Made by a program: the position numbers and the translations under genes. A DNA stretch of 64,000 nucleotides from Bacillota bacterium (GTDB taxonomy: Bacteria > Bacillota > Limnochordia > Darwinibacteriales > Darwinibacteriaceae): positions 5,315 through 69,314 of the forward strand of contig DUPN01000092.1 of the NCBI GenBank assembly GCA_012838305.1, given 5' to 3'. Below, piece by piece: positions 28,718 to 38,084 of this stretch. Numbering within the stretch: position 1 is the stretch's first letter; each line of letters begins with the position of its first letter. A model generated the notes under the pieces. It was not told the DNA's origin. It did no database searches and worked only from the letters and a program-made list of their open reading frames with translations.

Positions 28718-30207
28718 ATCAACTTCGCCTTGCCCTAGCCCTGTTCTTTGTGATTCTCCTGCTAGCTGCTTCAGCAGGGGCCAATACCATTGGCATTGCC
28801 GGCGGTTGTGATCAGCCTTTGCCTTTGCCCGCTGATAAAATCTTGCGTATTTCCCCAACTTGGGTGGAGTTTGAGTACCACGGTTTTTTGCCCATTGGCG
28901 CTGATGTGGAAGTGTATCAGCACTGGGAGGACCAGGCCCTAAAAGTCCCCCTCGGAGCTGTGAAGGTGGGGTTTGAAGAAGTTGTGGCCACCATTCTCCA
29001 GGGAGAAGTGGTACGCTTTGATGTCTATGATCCCTTGTATATCCGCACGATGCGGGTGGCCATTAGTACTGCGCAGTTTCAGACCATCGAACACAAGACA
29101 TTGGTTTTTTCTCCTACTTCCAAATTGTACGTGGAAGAAACGGGTACGGGGCGCGGATTTCAGACGCCAGCCGATCATGAGGTTGCAGTTTCGGTGCGGG
29201 ATGGTAGGCTCTATGCGGTCGATGGAGAGGGACATGAATGGGAATTCGGTCAACGATTGTACGTCTGGGCCGATCCAGAAGGACTTATTCAGATCAATTC
29301 TTTCCAGCGGGGGGGAGGAACGCCGTTCTATCCTCGTTATCGAGGACGTTTCGAGCTCACTGTGGGAGATGGAGAGTATTTCTTGGCGATTAACGAGGTG
29401 AGCCTAGAAGAATATCTTTATCAGGTGGTCCCAAGCGAGATGCCCATTAGCTGGCCCTTGGAGGCACTGAAGGCTCAGGCAGTGGCTGCCCGCACATATG
29501 CTGTAGCCCAGGCTGTTTACTCCCGCCAAGGACACTTGGGGTTTCATGTCGCCGACAGCACCGACTCTCAAGTGTATAACAATTATCCCGAAGCCCACTC
29601 CACCACGGAGGCCATTGATCAAACGGCGGGGCAGATCTTAGTTCAATCGGACGGTACCATCGGTTCCACCTATTTTTATTCTACCTCTCCTGGAACCGCT
29701 GTCCTGGACCCAGCCGCCTGGAAGGATAGGACAGGCCTGGCCCTGGAAGGAAACTCACCCTGGTTTCGCTGGAAATGCGCGTTTACAGTTCAAGAGCTGG
29801 AAGGGCTGTTCCGGCTCGATGGGGTTTCGGACTTGTACGTTGAAGCAAGGGATGGGATCGGTAGGGTCACCAGCCTGGCTGTGGAGGGCCGAGGAGGGAC
29901 GCAGGTCATCCAGGGCGAGCTCAATATTCGCCGTGCCCTAAGGCCCGCAAGTCTGGAGAGGGTTGGTGACCAAATCGGTCCCCAATCCCTGTTACCCAGC
30001 GCCCTTTTCTTTCTCGAACTCGAGAGGGATCAGGGAGGCGGACTTCAAAGGGTAACCGTCTATGGCGGCGGCAGCGGCCATAATTTGGGAATGAGTCAGT
30101 GGGGCGCCAAGGGTATGGCGGAGAAAGGACATGATTTTTTGGACATTTTGAGTAAATACTATCCGGAAGCACATTTGATCACCCATTCTGAGCAGCTGAG
30201 GTATTGA
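28714..30207 (+). CDS. SpoIID/LytB domain-containing protein
   Basis: Signal peptide, then a C-terminal SpoIID/LytB domain (EEYLYQVVPSEMPISWPLEALKAQAVAARTYAV...). ATG overlaps the upstream stop (ATGA). Confidence 0.8.
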   Translation: MNQLRLALALFFVILLLAASAGANTIGIAGGCDQPLPLPADKILRISPTWVEFEYHGFLPIGADVEVYQHWEDQALKVPLGAVKVGFEEVVATILQGEVVRFDVYDPLYIRTMRVAISTAQFQTIEHKTLVFSPTSKLYVEETGTGRGFQTPADHEVAVSVRDGRLYAVDGEGHEWEFGQRLYVWADPEGLIQINSFQRGGGTPFYPRYRGRFELTVGDGEYFLAINEVSLEEYLYQVVPSEMPISWPLEALKAQAVAARTYAVAQAVYSRQGHLGFHVADSTDSQVYNNYPEAHSTTEAIDQTAGQILVQSDGTIGSTYFYSTSPGTAVLDPAAWKDRTGLALEGNSPWFRWKCAFTVQELEGLFRLDGVSDLYVEARDGIGRVTSLAVEGRGGTQVIQGELNIRRALRPASLERVGDQIGPQSLLPSALFFLELERDQGGGLQRVTVYGGGSGHNLGMSQWGAKGMAEKGHDFLDILSKYYPEAHLITHSEQLRY

Positions 30208-30211
30208 GAAC

Positions 30212-31231
30212 ATGGAGAAACCAGAGAAGTTCGCATGGCGAATCCCCTGGAGGGGAATCGCCATCACCTTTATTGTGAGTATATTTGCCCTGGTCATCGT
30301 TTTCTGGAAAATGGCAAATCCCGCCCAGGTTCTGCAGGAACTGCGGGAATACCCAGTGGGCCATTTTTTTGGGGCGCTGTTTTTTGTGCTCGCCGCTTGG
30401 GTGGTAGATGGCCAACGGATCGGTATGCTCACTAGGGCTGTGGGCCACCATATTCCTTGGTGGCAGTCGGCCCTCACATTGGGAGCAGCCAATTTCTTGA
30501 CCTTGGTCACACCCTTTGCAGGCGGCGGGGGGGCCCTGATTGTGTATTACCTTTATAGGCGGGGCTTAAAGAGTTCGACTGGGACCGCCATCGTGATCGC
30601 CGGGGGATTGGCTGGGCAATTGAGCCTAGCGACACTGGGCTTTGTGATGTTCTCAACCGTGAGCAATGTTCCGCCTGATTTGGCTCAATATATCAGCGGG
30701 CTGCGCCTCGGGGCCTTGATTTATAGCGGGGTTCTGATTGCACTTTTGGTGCTGATCGTGCGCAGCGAGAGGTTTTTCGGGTGGCTGTTCCGCAAACGAG
30801 GCGATTCACGCCCAGCCCTCTGGGTTCAGGAATTCCGTACCACAATCCAGCTGCTCCTGGGGGAAACGGGGTACTATTTGGCCTGCTTGGCCGTGGCGTT
30901 TTGCTACTATGTTGTCTATTTCTCAGGAAGCTATGTACTGCTCTCGGGATTTGGCGTGTTCCATCCTTGGCTTCGCTACGCTGTAGCCGTCATGTTCGGG
31001 GTGGCTCCAGTGTTTTCTCCGATCCCAGGGGGAGCCGGCGTGTCAGAGGGAATCGCTTGGCTTGTCTTAGATGGTGTACTCGCTCCCGACGTACTTGGGA
31101 CATTCATTGTTCTCTGGAGAACGGTGGTCTTTTATATCCCCATTTTATTAGGAAGCACCATTTTTGCCATCATGGCAATGAAGTGGACTGCGAAGGTAAT
31201 ATTGCCCGAGGAAACGGATCATACTAAGTAG
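30212..31231 (+). CDS. UPF0104 / lysylphosphatidylglycerol-synthase-TM-like flippase-type membrane protein
   Basis: 339 aa, 8-9 TM helices with GGxG-rich loops and PGGAGVSE motif. Begins 5 nt after the SpoIID stop. Confidence 0.7.
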   Translation: MEKPEKFAWRIPWRGIAITFIVSIFALVIVFWKMANPAQVLQELREYPVGHFFGALFFVLAAWVVDGQRIGMLTRAVGHHIPWWQSALTLGAANFLTLVTPFAGGGGALIVYYLYRRGLKSSTGTAIVIAGGLAGQLSLATLGFVMFSTVSNVPPDLAQYISGLRLGALIYSGVLIALLVLIVRSERFFGWLFRKRGDSRPALWVQEFRTTIQLLLGETGYYLACLAVAFCYYVVYFSGSYVLLSGFGVFHPWLRYAVAVMFGVAPVFSPIPGGAGVSEGIAWLVLDGVLAPDVLGTFIVLWRTVVFYIPILLGSTIFAIMAMKWTAKVILPEETDHTK

Positions 31232-31258
31232 TAAGAGGGCAAGCGAAGGGGGATATAG

Positions 31259-31678
31259 ATGAGTTATAGGGAACAATTACGACAAGCTCGAGATATTTTG
31301 CAGGGAGAGATTCAGGAGCTGCACCGCAGTCTGGTTAGTAAGGAAATGGACCTGCGCAAGCTGGACGGTTTGCTGAAGGAAACGGGAAGTCGGAGGGGGG
31401 CGGGGCCCTCACTGACCAGCCAAATCGTGGAAGCTCTTTACGTCTTGGCCCAGGACAGCCCGGACGGAGTTCCTGCCCGGGCTGTAGTAAAGGAGTTTGC
31501 GCAAGCCAGGGACGATGTGAACGAATCCACTATTCGGTCCACCTTGTACCAGGTCACGCGGAAACTCCGACCTACGGAAATCTGCGTAGGCGATGGTGTA
31601 GAACAGGTACGAGTGGTGAAAAACGGGCCCTTGTATGATGTGGAGTTAGTGACCAAACAAGAGGCGGAGCTCCTCTAG
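31259..31678 (+). CDS. hypothetical protein (N-terminal coiled coil, C-terminal winged-helix-like)
   Basis: 139 aa, SD GAAGGGGGAT. No recognisable family. Its 3' end overlaps the convergent helicase gene by about 30 nt. Confidence 0.45.
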   Translation: MSYREQLRQARDILQGEIQELHRSLVSKEMDLRKLDGLLKETGSRRGAGPSLTSQIVEALYVLAQDSPDGVPARAVVKEFAQARDDVNESTIRSTLYQVTRKLRPTEICVGDGVEQVRVVKNGPLYDVELVTKQEAELL

Positions 31679-33598
31679 ATCTCGGGTAAAACGGGCGGGC
31701 GGTAAGGAAGCCAGGAAGCCCTCACCATACCTGGAGGAAAGAATCCGTTCATCGAGGATGATCACTCCTCCAATGTCATTCTTGGTGCGGATCAGCCGCC
31801 CGAAGCCCTGTTTGAGGCGGAGGATGGCTTGGGGAACACTGTATTCGAGAAAGGGATTTCCCCCAGAATCCTCGATGGCCAGGAGCCGGGCACGGGTAAC
31901 CGGGCGATCGGGTGAAGTAAAGGGTAGGCGGGTAATGACCACCGCACGCAGGGCTTCACCGGGTAGGTCGATGCCTTCCCAGAAGCTATTGGTGCCAAAA
32001 AGTAAGGACCGAGGCTGGTCTTGGAAACTCTGAATGAGTCCCAGACGCGGTCCATCGCCTTGTTTGAAAAGAGTGTAACCCACTTCATCGAGCTTGGGAT
32101 AGATGGCATCGGCTACTTCGTCCATGAGGCTGTAGCTTGTGAAAAGGGCCAACACCCCGCCGCGGGTGTACGCTAGGGTGCGCAAAATTAGATAGGCCAC
32201 ATAATGGGGGTAGCGCGGATGATTAGGATTCTTGGCCTCCCTCGGTACGCAGAGGATCGCTTGTTTGTCGTAGGCAAAGGGAGAACCCAGGATCAATCCC
32301 GAGGCCTCCTTCAGCCCTAGCTGGCTCTGGATGTAGTCGAACGATTGGTTGGTGCTCAGTGTGGCCGAGGTGAGGATAACGGACGGCGTTTTTTCGAAAA
32401 ACGTTTCTTCCAAGAGTCGACCAACATGGATGGGAGCTGCTATTAAAGTCGGCTCCCCGTTTTGCGTTTCGGCCCAATAGGTATAGCTGGCATCGTTACC
32501 CAGCAAGATGAGCTCAAGGGTGGAAAGAAGCCTTTCTGTAAATGACGCGAATTGTTCAAGCAGACCAGAGATCTCGCCCTCTTCCTCGATGTTGCACTCC
32601 TTTAAGACGTCCTGAATGTCTTTGAGGTGTTTTGCCAGGCTGGTTTGGGTGAAATGGGGTCGGTTCTGTTCCGTCAGCGGAACGGTGAAACTGGTAATCA
32701 GAGGCTCCATTTGGGCAAAGTATTGACCGGCCTCTTTGATCAGTTCATCCAGAATCAGGTTGAGGTCCTGGATGATGTATTCGGGTACAATATCACGCAG
32801 AGCGGCCTGCAACTGGGTTCCCGTGCGGTAATAGGTCAAGAATCCTTCTCGCTTGAGCTCGTGACTGTAGGTGTTCGTTGCCACGTCCTCGAGGTTATGG
32901 GCTTCATCGATGACCACGCCGTCAAAGGCCGGAAGAACGCGACCTTCCGCCCGAGCGTCTGCCAGAAGCATGGCTTGGTTGGTGATGATCAGGTGTGCTT
33001 GGCTCAGTCGATGACGCAAACTCCAATAAAAGCACCGACTGAAATGAGAACAGAGCTCTTCAGGACAACTCTCCTTTTCGCAGCGGATCTCAGACCATAG
33101 CTCCCAGGGGATGGGCTGGGGCGCTTCACTGTAATCGCCTGTTTGCGTTTCTTGGATCCACAGGCGCAGAGACTCCAGGTTGTCAATCAAGCCCAGCTGA
33201 CCGCCTCGACCTTGGATCAGCTCCTGCCAGCGGCGGAGGCAGAGGTAGTTGCTGCGTCCCTTAAACACTTCTGCCTTGAACTCATAGGGCAGGACCTCCC
33301 TCAGGAAGGGAATATCCTTTTGGAAGAGCTGTTCTTGGAGGGTGATGGTATGGGTGGCCACAACCGCTATTTTGCTCTCTTCCACTGTATAGTGAATTAA
33401 TGGCAGCAAGTAAGCCAGGCTCTTTCCCACGCCGGTCCCTGCTTCTATCACTGCATGGGCCTGGCCAATCAGGGCCTGGTAGACGTGGTTGGACATCTCG
33501 ATCTGTTCTGGACGGTACTCATAGTTGGCGAGAGTCTCGGCTAAGAGCCCCTCCGAGCCCAGGAGTCTTTCGGCGTCAAACCTCAAATCGGTCACCAC
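31646..33598 (-). CDS. dinG: ATP-dependent DNA helicase, DinG/Rad3-like (DEAH box)
   Basis: 650 aa with GTGVGKS Walker A, VVIDEAHNLE DEAH box, and C-terminal helicase motifs V-VI (VIILDERI...). No exonuclease domain. Confidence 0.85.
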   Translation of the reverse strand: MVTDLRFDAERLLGSEGLLAETLANYEYRPEQIEMSNHVYQALIGQAHAVIEAGTGVGKSLAYLLPLIHYTVEESKIAVVATHTITLQEQLFQKDIPFLREVLPYEFKAEVFKGRSNYLCLRRWQELIQGRGGQLGLIDNLESLRLWIQETQTGDYSEAPQPIPWELWSEIRCEKESCPEELCSHFSRCFYWSLRHRLSQAHLIITNQAMLLADARAEGRVLPAFDGVVIDEAHNLEDVATNTYSHELKREGFLTYYRTGTQLQAALRDIVPEYIIQDLNLILDELIKEAGQYFAQMEPLITSFTVPLTEQNRPHFTQTSLAKHLKDIQDVLKECNIEEEGEISGLLEQFASFTERLLSTLELILLGNDASYTYWAETQNGEPTLIAAPIHVGRLLEETFFEKTPSVILTSATLSTNQSFDYIQSQLGLKEASGLILGSPFAYDKQAILCVPREAKNPNHPRYPHYVAYLILRTLAYTRGGVLALFTSYSLMDEVADAIYPKLDEVGYTLFKQGDGPRLGLIQSFQDQPRSLLFGTNSFWEGIDLPGEALRAVVITRLPFTSPDRPVTRARLLAIEDSGGNPFLEYSVPQAILRLKQGFGRLIRTKNDIGGVIILDERILSSRYGEGFLASLPPARFTRDLEELRLLFGH

Positions 33599-33681
33599 CT
33601 TGCTATAATCCTAACATGGGCAAGGAGAAAGTCCCCCTGCCGGTGAATAAACTAAGAAAGTCATAGAAGGGACGGAGCGCT

Positions 33682-34533
33682 ATGAAAGTTGCCATTAGTA
33701 TGCGGAGTGTACAAGAGCCGCTCCTTCGGGGAGATATGCGTATCACTGACTTCATCAAATACGCCGCCAGTCTGGCCGTCGAAGGCGTGGAACTCGATGA
33801 CGCTTATCTAAGCGGGGCGGGCGTAGACAACGGGGAGATCCAGGGGATACTTAAGGAGACAGGACTCCAAGTATCCTGTTATGATATTTGTCACCAGATG
33901 GAGCCGCTTCAGGGGAAAGCACGGGAAGAGGAGCTGGAGAGAATCCAGGCTGAGCTGCTTGTGGCCAAGTCCCTCGGTGTCCGTTATGTGAAGGCCGTGG
34001 GCGGAGCCTTTGATTCTGGTGTGACTGCCCGCCAGGTGGAGGACCTCATCGGACAGCTTGTGGAAATGGTACTTCCTGCCCTGCAAGGCACCAATTTGAC
34101 CCTTGTGATTGAAAATCCGGCCAGTGTCAATTTTGACAGTAGGCATCTGGCCCAACTGCTTGCAGAAATTGACAATCCCCAAGTCAAGGCGGGCTTTAAT
34201 ATGGCCAATGCCTTCGTAGCCGGTGAGGACCCCGAAGCCGCGCTCGAACGTCTTAAGGATCAGATCGTCCATGTTCGAGCCGTTGATGTGCGCTGGGCTG
34301 ATTGTGACGAAGAGCCCCAGAGCGGCAGTTATGTCGGCTGTGTGGTGGGTCTGGGTCTGGTTCCACTGGAAAGGCTCTTCAAAGTACTGCGTACGCAAGA
34401 ATATGAGGGCTGGATTTCCCTGGAATTTACTGGTTTAGAGGATGCCTATTTCGGCACCGAAGCCAGCCTAAAGAATCTGCGCCAGTGTCTAGTCGCCCTC
34501 CAGTCCGAGGTTTTTCATCCCAGCGAATCTTGA
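33682..34533 (+). CDS. sugar phosphate isomerase/epimerase (xylose isomerase-like TIM barrel)
   Basis: 283 aa AP_endonuc_2-type TIM barrel with conserved E/H/D metal ligands. Confidence 0.75.
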   Translation: MKVAISMRSVQEPLLRGDMRITDFIKYAASLAVEGVELDDAYLSGAGVDNGEIQGILKETGLQVSCYDICHQMEPLQGKAREEELERIQAELLVAKSLGVRYVKAVGGAFDSGVTARQVEDLIGQLVEMVLPALQGTNLTLVIENPASVNFDSRHLAQLLAEIDNPQVKAGFNMANAFVAGEDPEAALERLKDQIVHVRAVDVRWADCDEEPQSGSYVGCVVGLGLVPLERLFKVLRTQEYEGWISLEFTGLEDAYFGTEASLKNLRQCLVALQSEVFHPSES

Positions 34534-35315
34534 TTTAGGATCTTGGCGATCTCCCCTAGGTTGTCCAGGATCACGTCCGGTTGGACATCGGAGGCGGCTA
34601 GGTCGTCGGACTTTGTTTCACCGCTGAGCACTAGAATACTGGTAATACCAGCTGCTTTGCCCATGGCAATATCGGTATAGAGGCGATCTCCCACCATGGC
34701 CACTTTGCCCGGATCCTCGAGACCATACTTGGCCCGCAAGGCTTCGATCATCTCTGGGTAGGGTTTTCCGATGATTTTCGGTTCCACTCCCGTGGATGCT
34801 GTAATTAGGGCGATCATGGCCCCACAGTCAGGAATAGGTCCCTCGGGAGTGGGGCAGTTGAAGTCGGGATGGGTGGCGATAAACGGGATCCCCTGGCGGA
34901 TGAAAGAACAGGCAGATCGCAGCTTTTCATAGGTGAGGGTAAGGTCGAAACCCAGGACGACAGTTTCTGGGTCTTCTTCTGTAAGAATGAACCCTGCTTG
35001 GCGAAACTCCTCCTCCAGAGACGGTGTGCCCACTAGGTAGATTTTTCTGGGGTAGTCATACTTTTTAAGATAGAAAATCGTGGCTTGACCGGCTGTAAAC
35101 ACCTGATCAGCAGTGATGGAGACACCCATTTTGCGGATCTTCTCTACATAATAGTCTCCCTTCCGAGAGGAGTTATTGGTAACGAAAATGAAACGTTTAC
35201 CCAGTCGTTCGCAGGTAGCGACAAAAGGCAGTGACCAGGGGTAGAGGTGATCTCCCAGGTAGAATGTTCCGTCCAAGTCTAACAAAAACGTATCAATATT
35301 GCGCAGCTTATCCAT
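34515..35315 (-). CDS. HAD-IIA family hydrolase (NagD/YutF-like)
   Basis: FLLDLDGTFY motif I, FVTNNSS motif II, GDRLYTDI motif IV. ATG 35315 with SD GGAGGG at 5 nt. The track's 92-aa N-terminal extension was rejected. Confidence 0.85.
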   Translation of the reverse strand: MDKLRNIDTFLLDLDGTFYLGDHLYPWSLPFVATCERLGKRFIFVTNNSSRKGDYYVEKIRKMGVSITADQVFTAGQATIFYLKKYDYPRKIYLVGTPSLEEEFRQAGFILTEEDPETVVLGFDLTLTYEKLRSACSFIRQGIPFIATHPDFNCPTPEGPIPDCGAMIALITASTGVEPKIIGKPYPEMIEALRAKYGLEDPGKVAMVGDRLYTDIAMGKAAGITSILVLSGETKSDDLAASDVQPDVILDNLGEIAKILNQDSLG

Positions 35316-35651
35316 GATGTCCCTCCAAGATTTGTGGTGCTCTGTCCAGAACTCCCTGGACTCTGTATAGAGACATTGTTCGCCATCTGCCTGGAATTTA
35401 CCTCTCAAAGTGGGGAAACGCTTTCGGGAAAAGGTGGAAGTGACCTGGAAAAGCCGCGGCCACAGGGCGCCGGAACGCCATAGAGGCGGCACCGAATTTG
35501 ACCCAAATACTGGGCGAGGCGCGCCCTGGGCACCTGGGGGTGAAACCGCTGTAGAGTGTATGGAGAAGGGGTTTCGTGGAGTCTGGTTCATGCCTGTTCC
35601 TTTTGACAGGGCTAACGGAGTGTGCTATATTTGGTTTTAGGGGGAATAGGC

Positions 35652-36839
35652 ATGGATGTCATACTTAAACTGGCTATTATTGCCCTAGCCGGGTGCCTCG
35701 CGGGCAAACTGGCCAAGAAAATCAAGCTATCCAATATCTTTGGTTTTCTGCTTGTGGGTCTGGTTCTAGGCCCTTCCTGCTTCAACCTTATTTCCCATCA
35801 GGATCTGGCCTCCTTGTCCATCATTGGCGAAATCGCTTTGTCCATCTTGTTTTTCAAGATCGGCAGCGAGTTTGTTGTGCGCGATATGCGTAAGTTGGGA
35901 CGATCCTTTGCCATTATTACCTTGGCTGAAGTGGCCGGGGCAGTTCTCGTTGTCTTTTCCGTCCTGTACTTTGGGCTCCGGCAAGAGCTAGTCTTTAGTC
36001 TGATCATGGCCTCCATGGCGGCCGTCACTACTCCCACCGCCACGATCATGGTGATGCGTCAGTTTCGATCCGATGGTCCCGTGACCCGGACACTGATTCC
36101 TGTGGCCGCCTTAGATGGTGTGCTGGGAGTATTCGTCTTTGGTGTGATCGTATCGATTGCGCGCCAGCTTTCTCCGGGAGCGGACTTGGCTTCCTGGCCT
36201 GTGGTGGCTGGATTTGTGTTGGAGGTTCTGGGCAGTATGGCTCTGGGTGCCGTTTTGGGACTGCTGCTGACAATGATCGGTAAGAGCGCTGGAGACAGCG
36301 ACGAGCTTTTGGTGATGACCGTGGCCATGATTCTTGCTTCTGCGGGTATGGCGAGAGCTTTGTCCTTATCACCGCTCTTGGCCAATCTGGTCATGGGCAC
36401 AGTCCTTGTGAACCTGACACAGAACTCCAATCGTGTCTTTTTCGGTCTGCATCAGTTTACACCGCCCATCTATCTGCTCTTTTTTACCCTAGCGGGAGCC
36501 GGTGTCGAGGCTGGAGTGTTTTTGAGCATAGCTGCTTTGGGTCTGGCGTATATGCTGGCCAGGGCCGCCGGTAAGCTCTTGGGGGCCTGGTTGGGGTCGA
36601 AGGGTGCTGCGGCGGAACCCACCGTGCAAAAATATCTGGGTGTGGCTTTGCTGCCCCAAGGCGGATTGTCGGTGGCGCTAGCGGTCTTGGTGCATTACCA
36701 TCTTCCTGTGATCAGTCCCGCCGTGCTGGCCATTGCCGTCTGCAGCGTTCTGGTCTACGAAGTCACCGGTCCCCTCATTGCCAAGACAGCTATTCGCAAG
36801 GCCGGCGAGATTCGTGGAATGGCGTCTACAATCAGCTAG
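35652..36839 (+). CDS. cation:proton antiporter (CPA2/Kef-type Na+/H+ or K+/H+ exchanger)
   Basis: About 12 TM segments with Na_H_Exchanger-family motifs. ATG 35652 after GGGGGAA. Confidence 0.85.
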   Translation: MDVILKLAIIALAGCLAGKLAKKIKLSNIFGFLLVGLVLGPSCFNLISHQDLASLSIIGEIALSILFFKIGSEFVVRDMRKLGRSFAIITLAEVAGAVLVVFSVLYFGLRQELVFSLIMASMAAVTTPTATIMVMRQFRSDGPVTRTLIPVAALDGVLGVFVFGVIVSIARQLSPGADLASWPVVAGFVLEVLGSMALGAVLGLLLTMIGKSAGDSDELLVMTVAMILASAGMARALSLSPLLANLVMGTVLVNLTQNSNRVFFGLHQFTPPIYLLFFTLAGAGVEAGVFLSIAALGLAYMLARAAGKLLGAWLGSKGAAAEPTVQKYLGVALLPQGGLSVALAVLVHYHLPVISPAVLAIAVCSVLVYEVTGPLIAKTAIRKAGEIRGMASTIS

Positions 36840-36861
36840 TCCATCAAAGGAGGACGATAGT

Positions 36862-37212
36862 ATGTATGCTTTGTTTCTAGTGCTGAATGAAACGGATTAT
36901 CTCGATGAAATTCTGGCTCGGTTTGTGGATGTGGGCGTGCAGGGGGCCACCATTTTGGACAGTCAAGGTATGGCCAGCGCCCTAGTGCGGAGCGGAGGGA
37001 GGGACTTCCCTCTTTTTGGTTCTCTGAAAGCATTTATGGAGGGAGCTAGACCGTATAACAAAACGATCTTCACCGTCTTGGATAATGAGCAGCTAGTGGA
37101 GCGGACGGTCAGCGCCGTTCAGGATGTGCTAGGAGAAGTCGATCACCCCAGTGTTGGTTTCATGTTTTCTGTCCCCATCGGCCAGGTCTATCCTCTAGGT
37201 CAAAGCAGATGA
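36862..37212 (+). CDS. PII-like (GlnB/DarA-fold) small regulatory protein coupled to the antiporter
   Basis: 116 aa MYALFLVLNETDYLDEILARFVDVGVQGATILDSQGM... has the beta-alpha-beta pattern of PII-like proteins and resembles the DarA gene at 6341. SD AAAGGAGGA at 7 nt. Starts 22 nt after the antiporter stop. Confidence 0.5.
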   Translation: MYALFLVLNETDYLDEILARFVDVGVQGATILDSQGMASALVRSGGRDFPLFGSLKAFMEGARPYNKTIFTVLDNEQLVERTVSAVQDVLGEVDHPSVGFMFSVPIGQVYPLGQSR

Positions 37213-37222
37213 CTGCATAGAT

Positions 37223-37248
37223 ATCCCCACTCCAGTGGGGATTTTTCG
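37223..37248 (+). terminator. intrinsic terminator after the antiporter/PII-like pair
   Basis: ATCCCCAC-TCCA-GTGGGGAT hairpin followed by TTTTCGTT. Confidence 0.7.
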
Positions 37249-37394
37249 TTCTCGGTCTGTCATAGAATCAGATATGAGGGATACCAAAGGGGGAGGCATG
37301 GCCCAAGGCGAAGGAATCCTGCCAAAAAAGGTGAATCAAATCTAGTATGGGCTTCAGAGACTGTAGCCGTCATTGTCTGAAAGGAGGCGTTTCC

Positions 37395-38084
37395 ATGAAG
37401 TGTTCTTGCGCACAGCATAGAGAATCCAGCTGTATTCCCTTGGTTCCCATTTTTCACAACCTAACTCCCGATGAGACTGGCGAAGTGGCGCAAATCACTC
37501 GCCAGGTTACAGTGGCGAAAGGTGAAGAGATCTATGCCATGGACGATCAGGTGGATAGTCTCTTTGTGATTCATACCGGTAGAGTGAAGATCTACCGTTT
37601 GAGTGATACAGGCAAAGAACAGGTGATTCGAGTGCTTCGACCGGGCGATTTTTTTGGGGAGCTGGCCTTGTTTAGCCATTCACCTGTGAGTGACTTTGCC
37701 GAAGCGCTGGAAGAGAGCAATATGTGCGTAATTGACAGTACGGCTCTTAAGGAACTTGTGGCGAAATACCCTAGTATTGCCATGAAGATCCTCGAAGAGC
37801 TGAGCCAGCGCCTGGAAAGGATGGAACAGCTCGTGGAGGATATCAGTTTACATTCGGTAGACAGGCGTCTGGCTAAGGTGCTGCTGGATCTGAGTGTTGA
37901 AAGAGCGGAGATTGAGCTGGAAACGAGCAAGGGCGACTTGGCCTCGCAAATCGGCACGACCCGTGAAACCTTAAGCCGCAAGCTAACATCATTTCAGGAT
38001 ATGGGTCTGATTGATCAAATTGGACAGCGCCGGATCGTGATCAAAGATCGCCAGGGTTTGGAGGGAGTTCGAGAAGGTGGATAA
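37395..38084 (+). CDS. Crp/Fnr family transcriptional regulator with N-terminal Cys cluster (FNR-like)
   Basis: cNMP-binding domain plus C-terminal HTH (GDLASQIGTTRETLSRKL). N-terminus is MKCSCAQHRESSC (Cys3/Cys5/Cys13). SD AAAGGAGG. Confidence 0.85.
   Translation: MKCSCAQHRESSCIPLVPIFHNLTPDETGEVAQITRQVTVAKGEEIYAMDDQVDSLFVIHTGRVKIYRLSDTGKEQVIRVLRPGDFFGELALFSHSPVSDFAEALEESNMCVIDSTALKELVAKYPSIAMKILEELSQRLERMEQLVEDISLHSVDRRLAKVLLDLSVERAEIELETSKGDLASQIGTTRETLSRKLTSFQDMGLIDQIGQRRIVIKDRQGLEGVREGG

Noticed and set aside
34515-35591. Long N-terminal extensions in track ORFs, for example 34515..35591, 18706..19656, 56077..57015, 12817..14361 and 26199..27134
   Set aside because: The extensions have no SD and have an unusual Pro/Arg-rich composition. 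Internal starts with good SD spacing give canonical family N-termini, so I used those.
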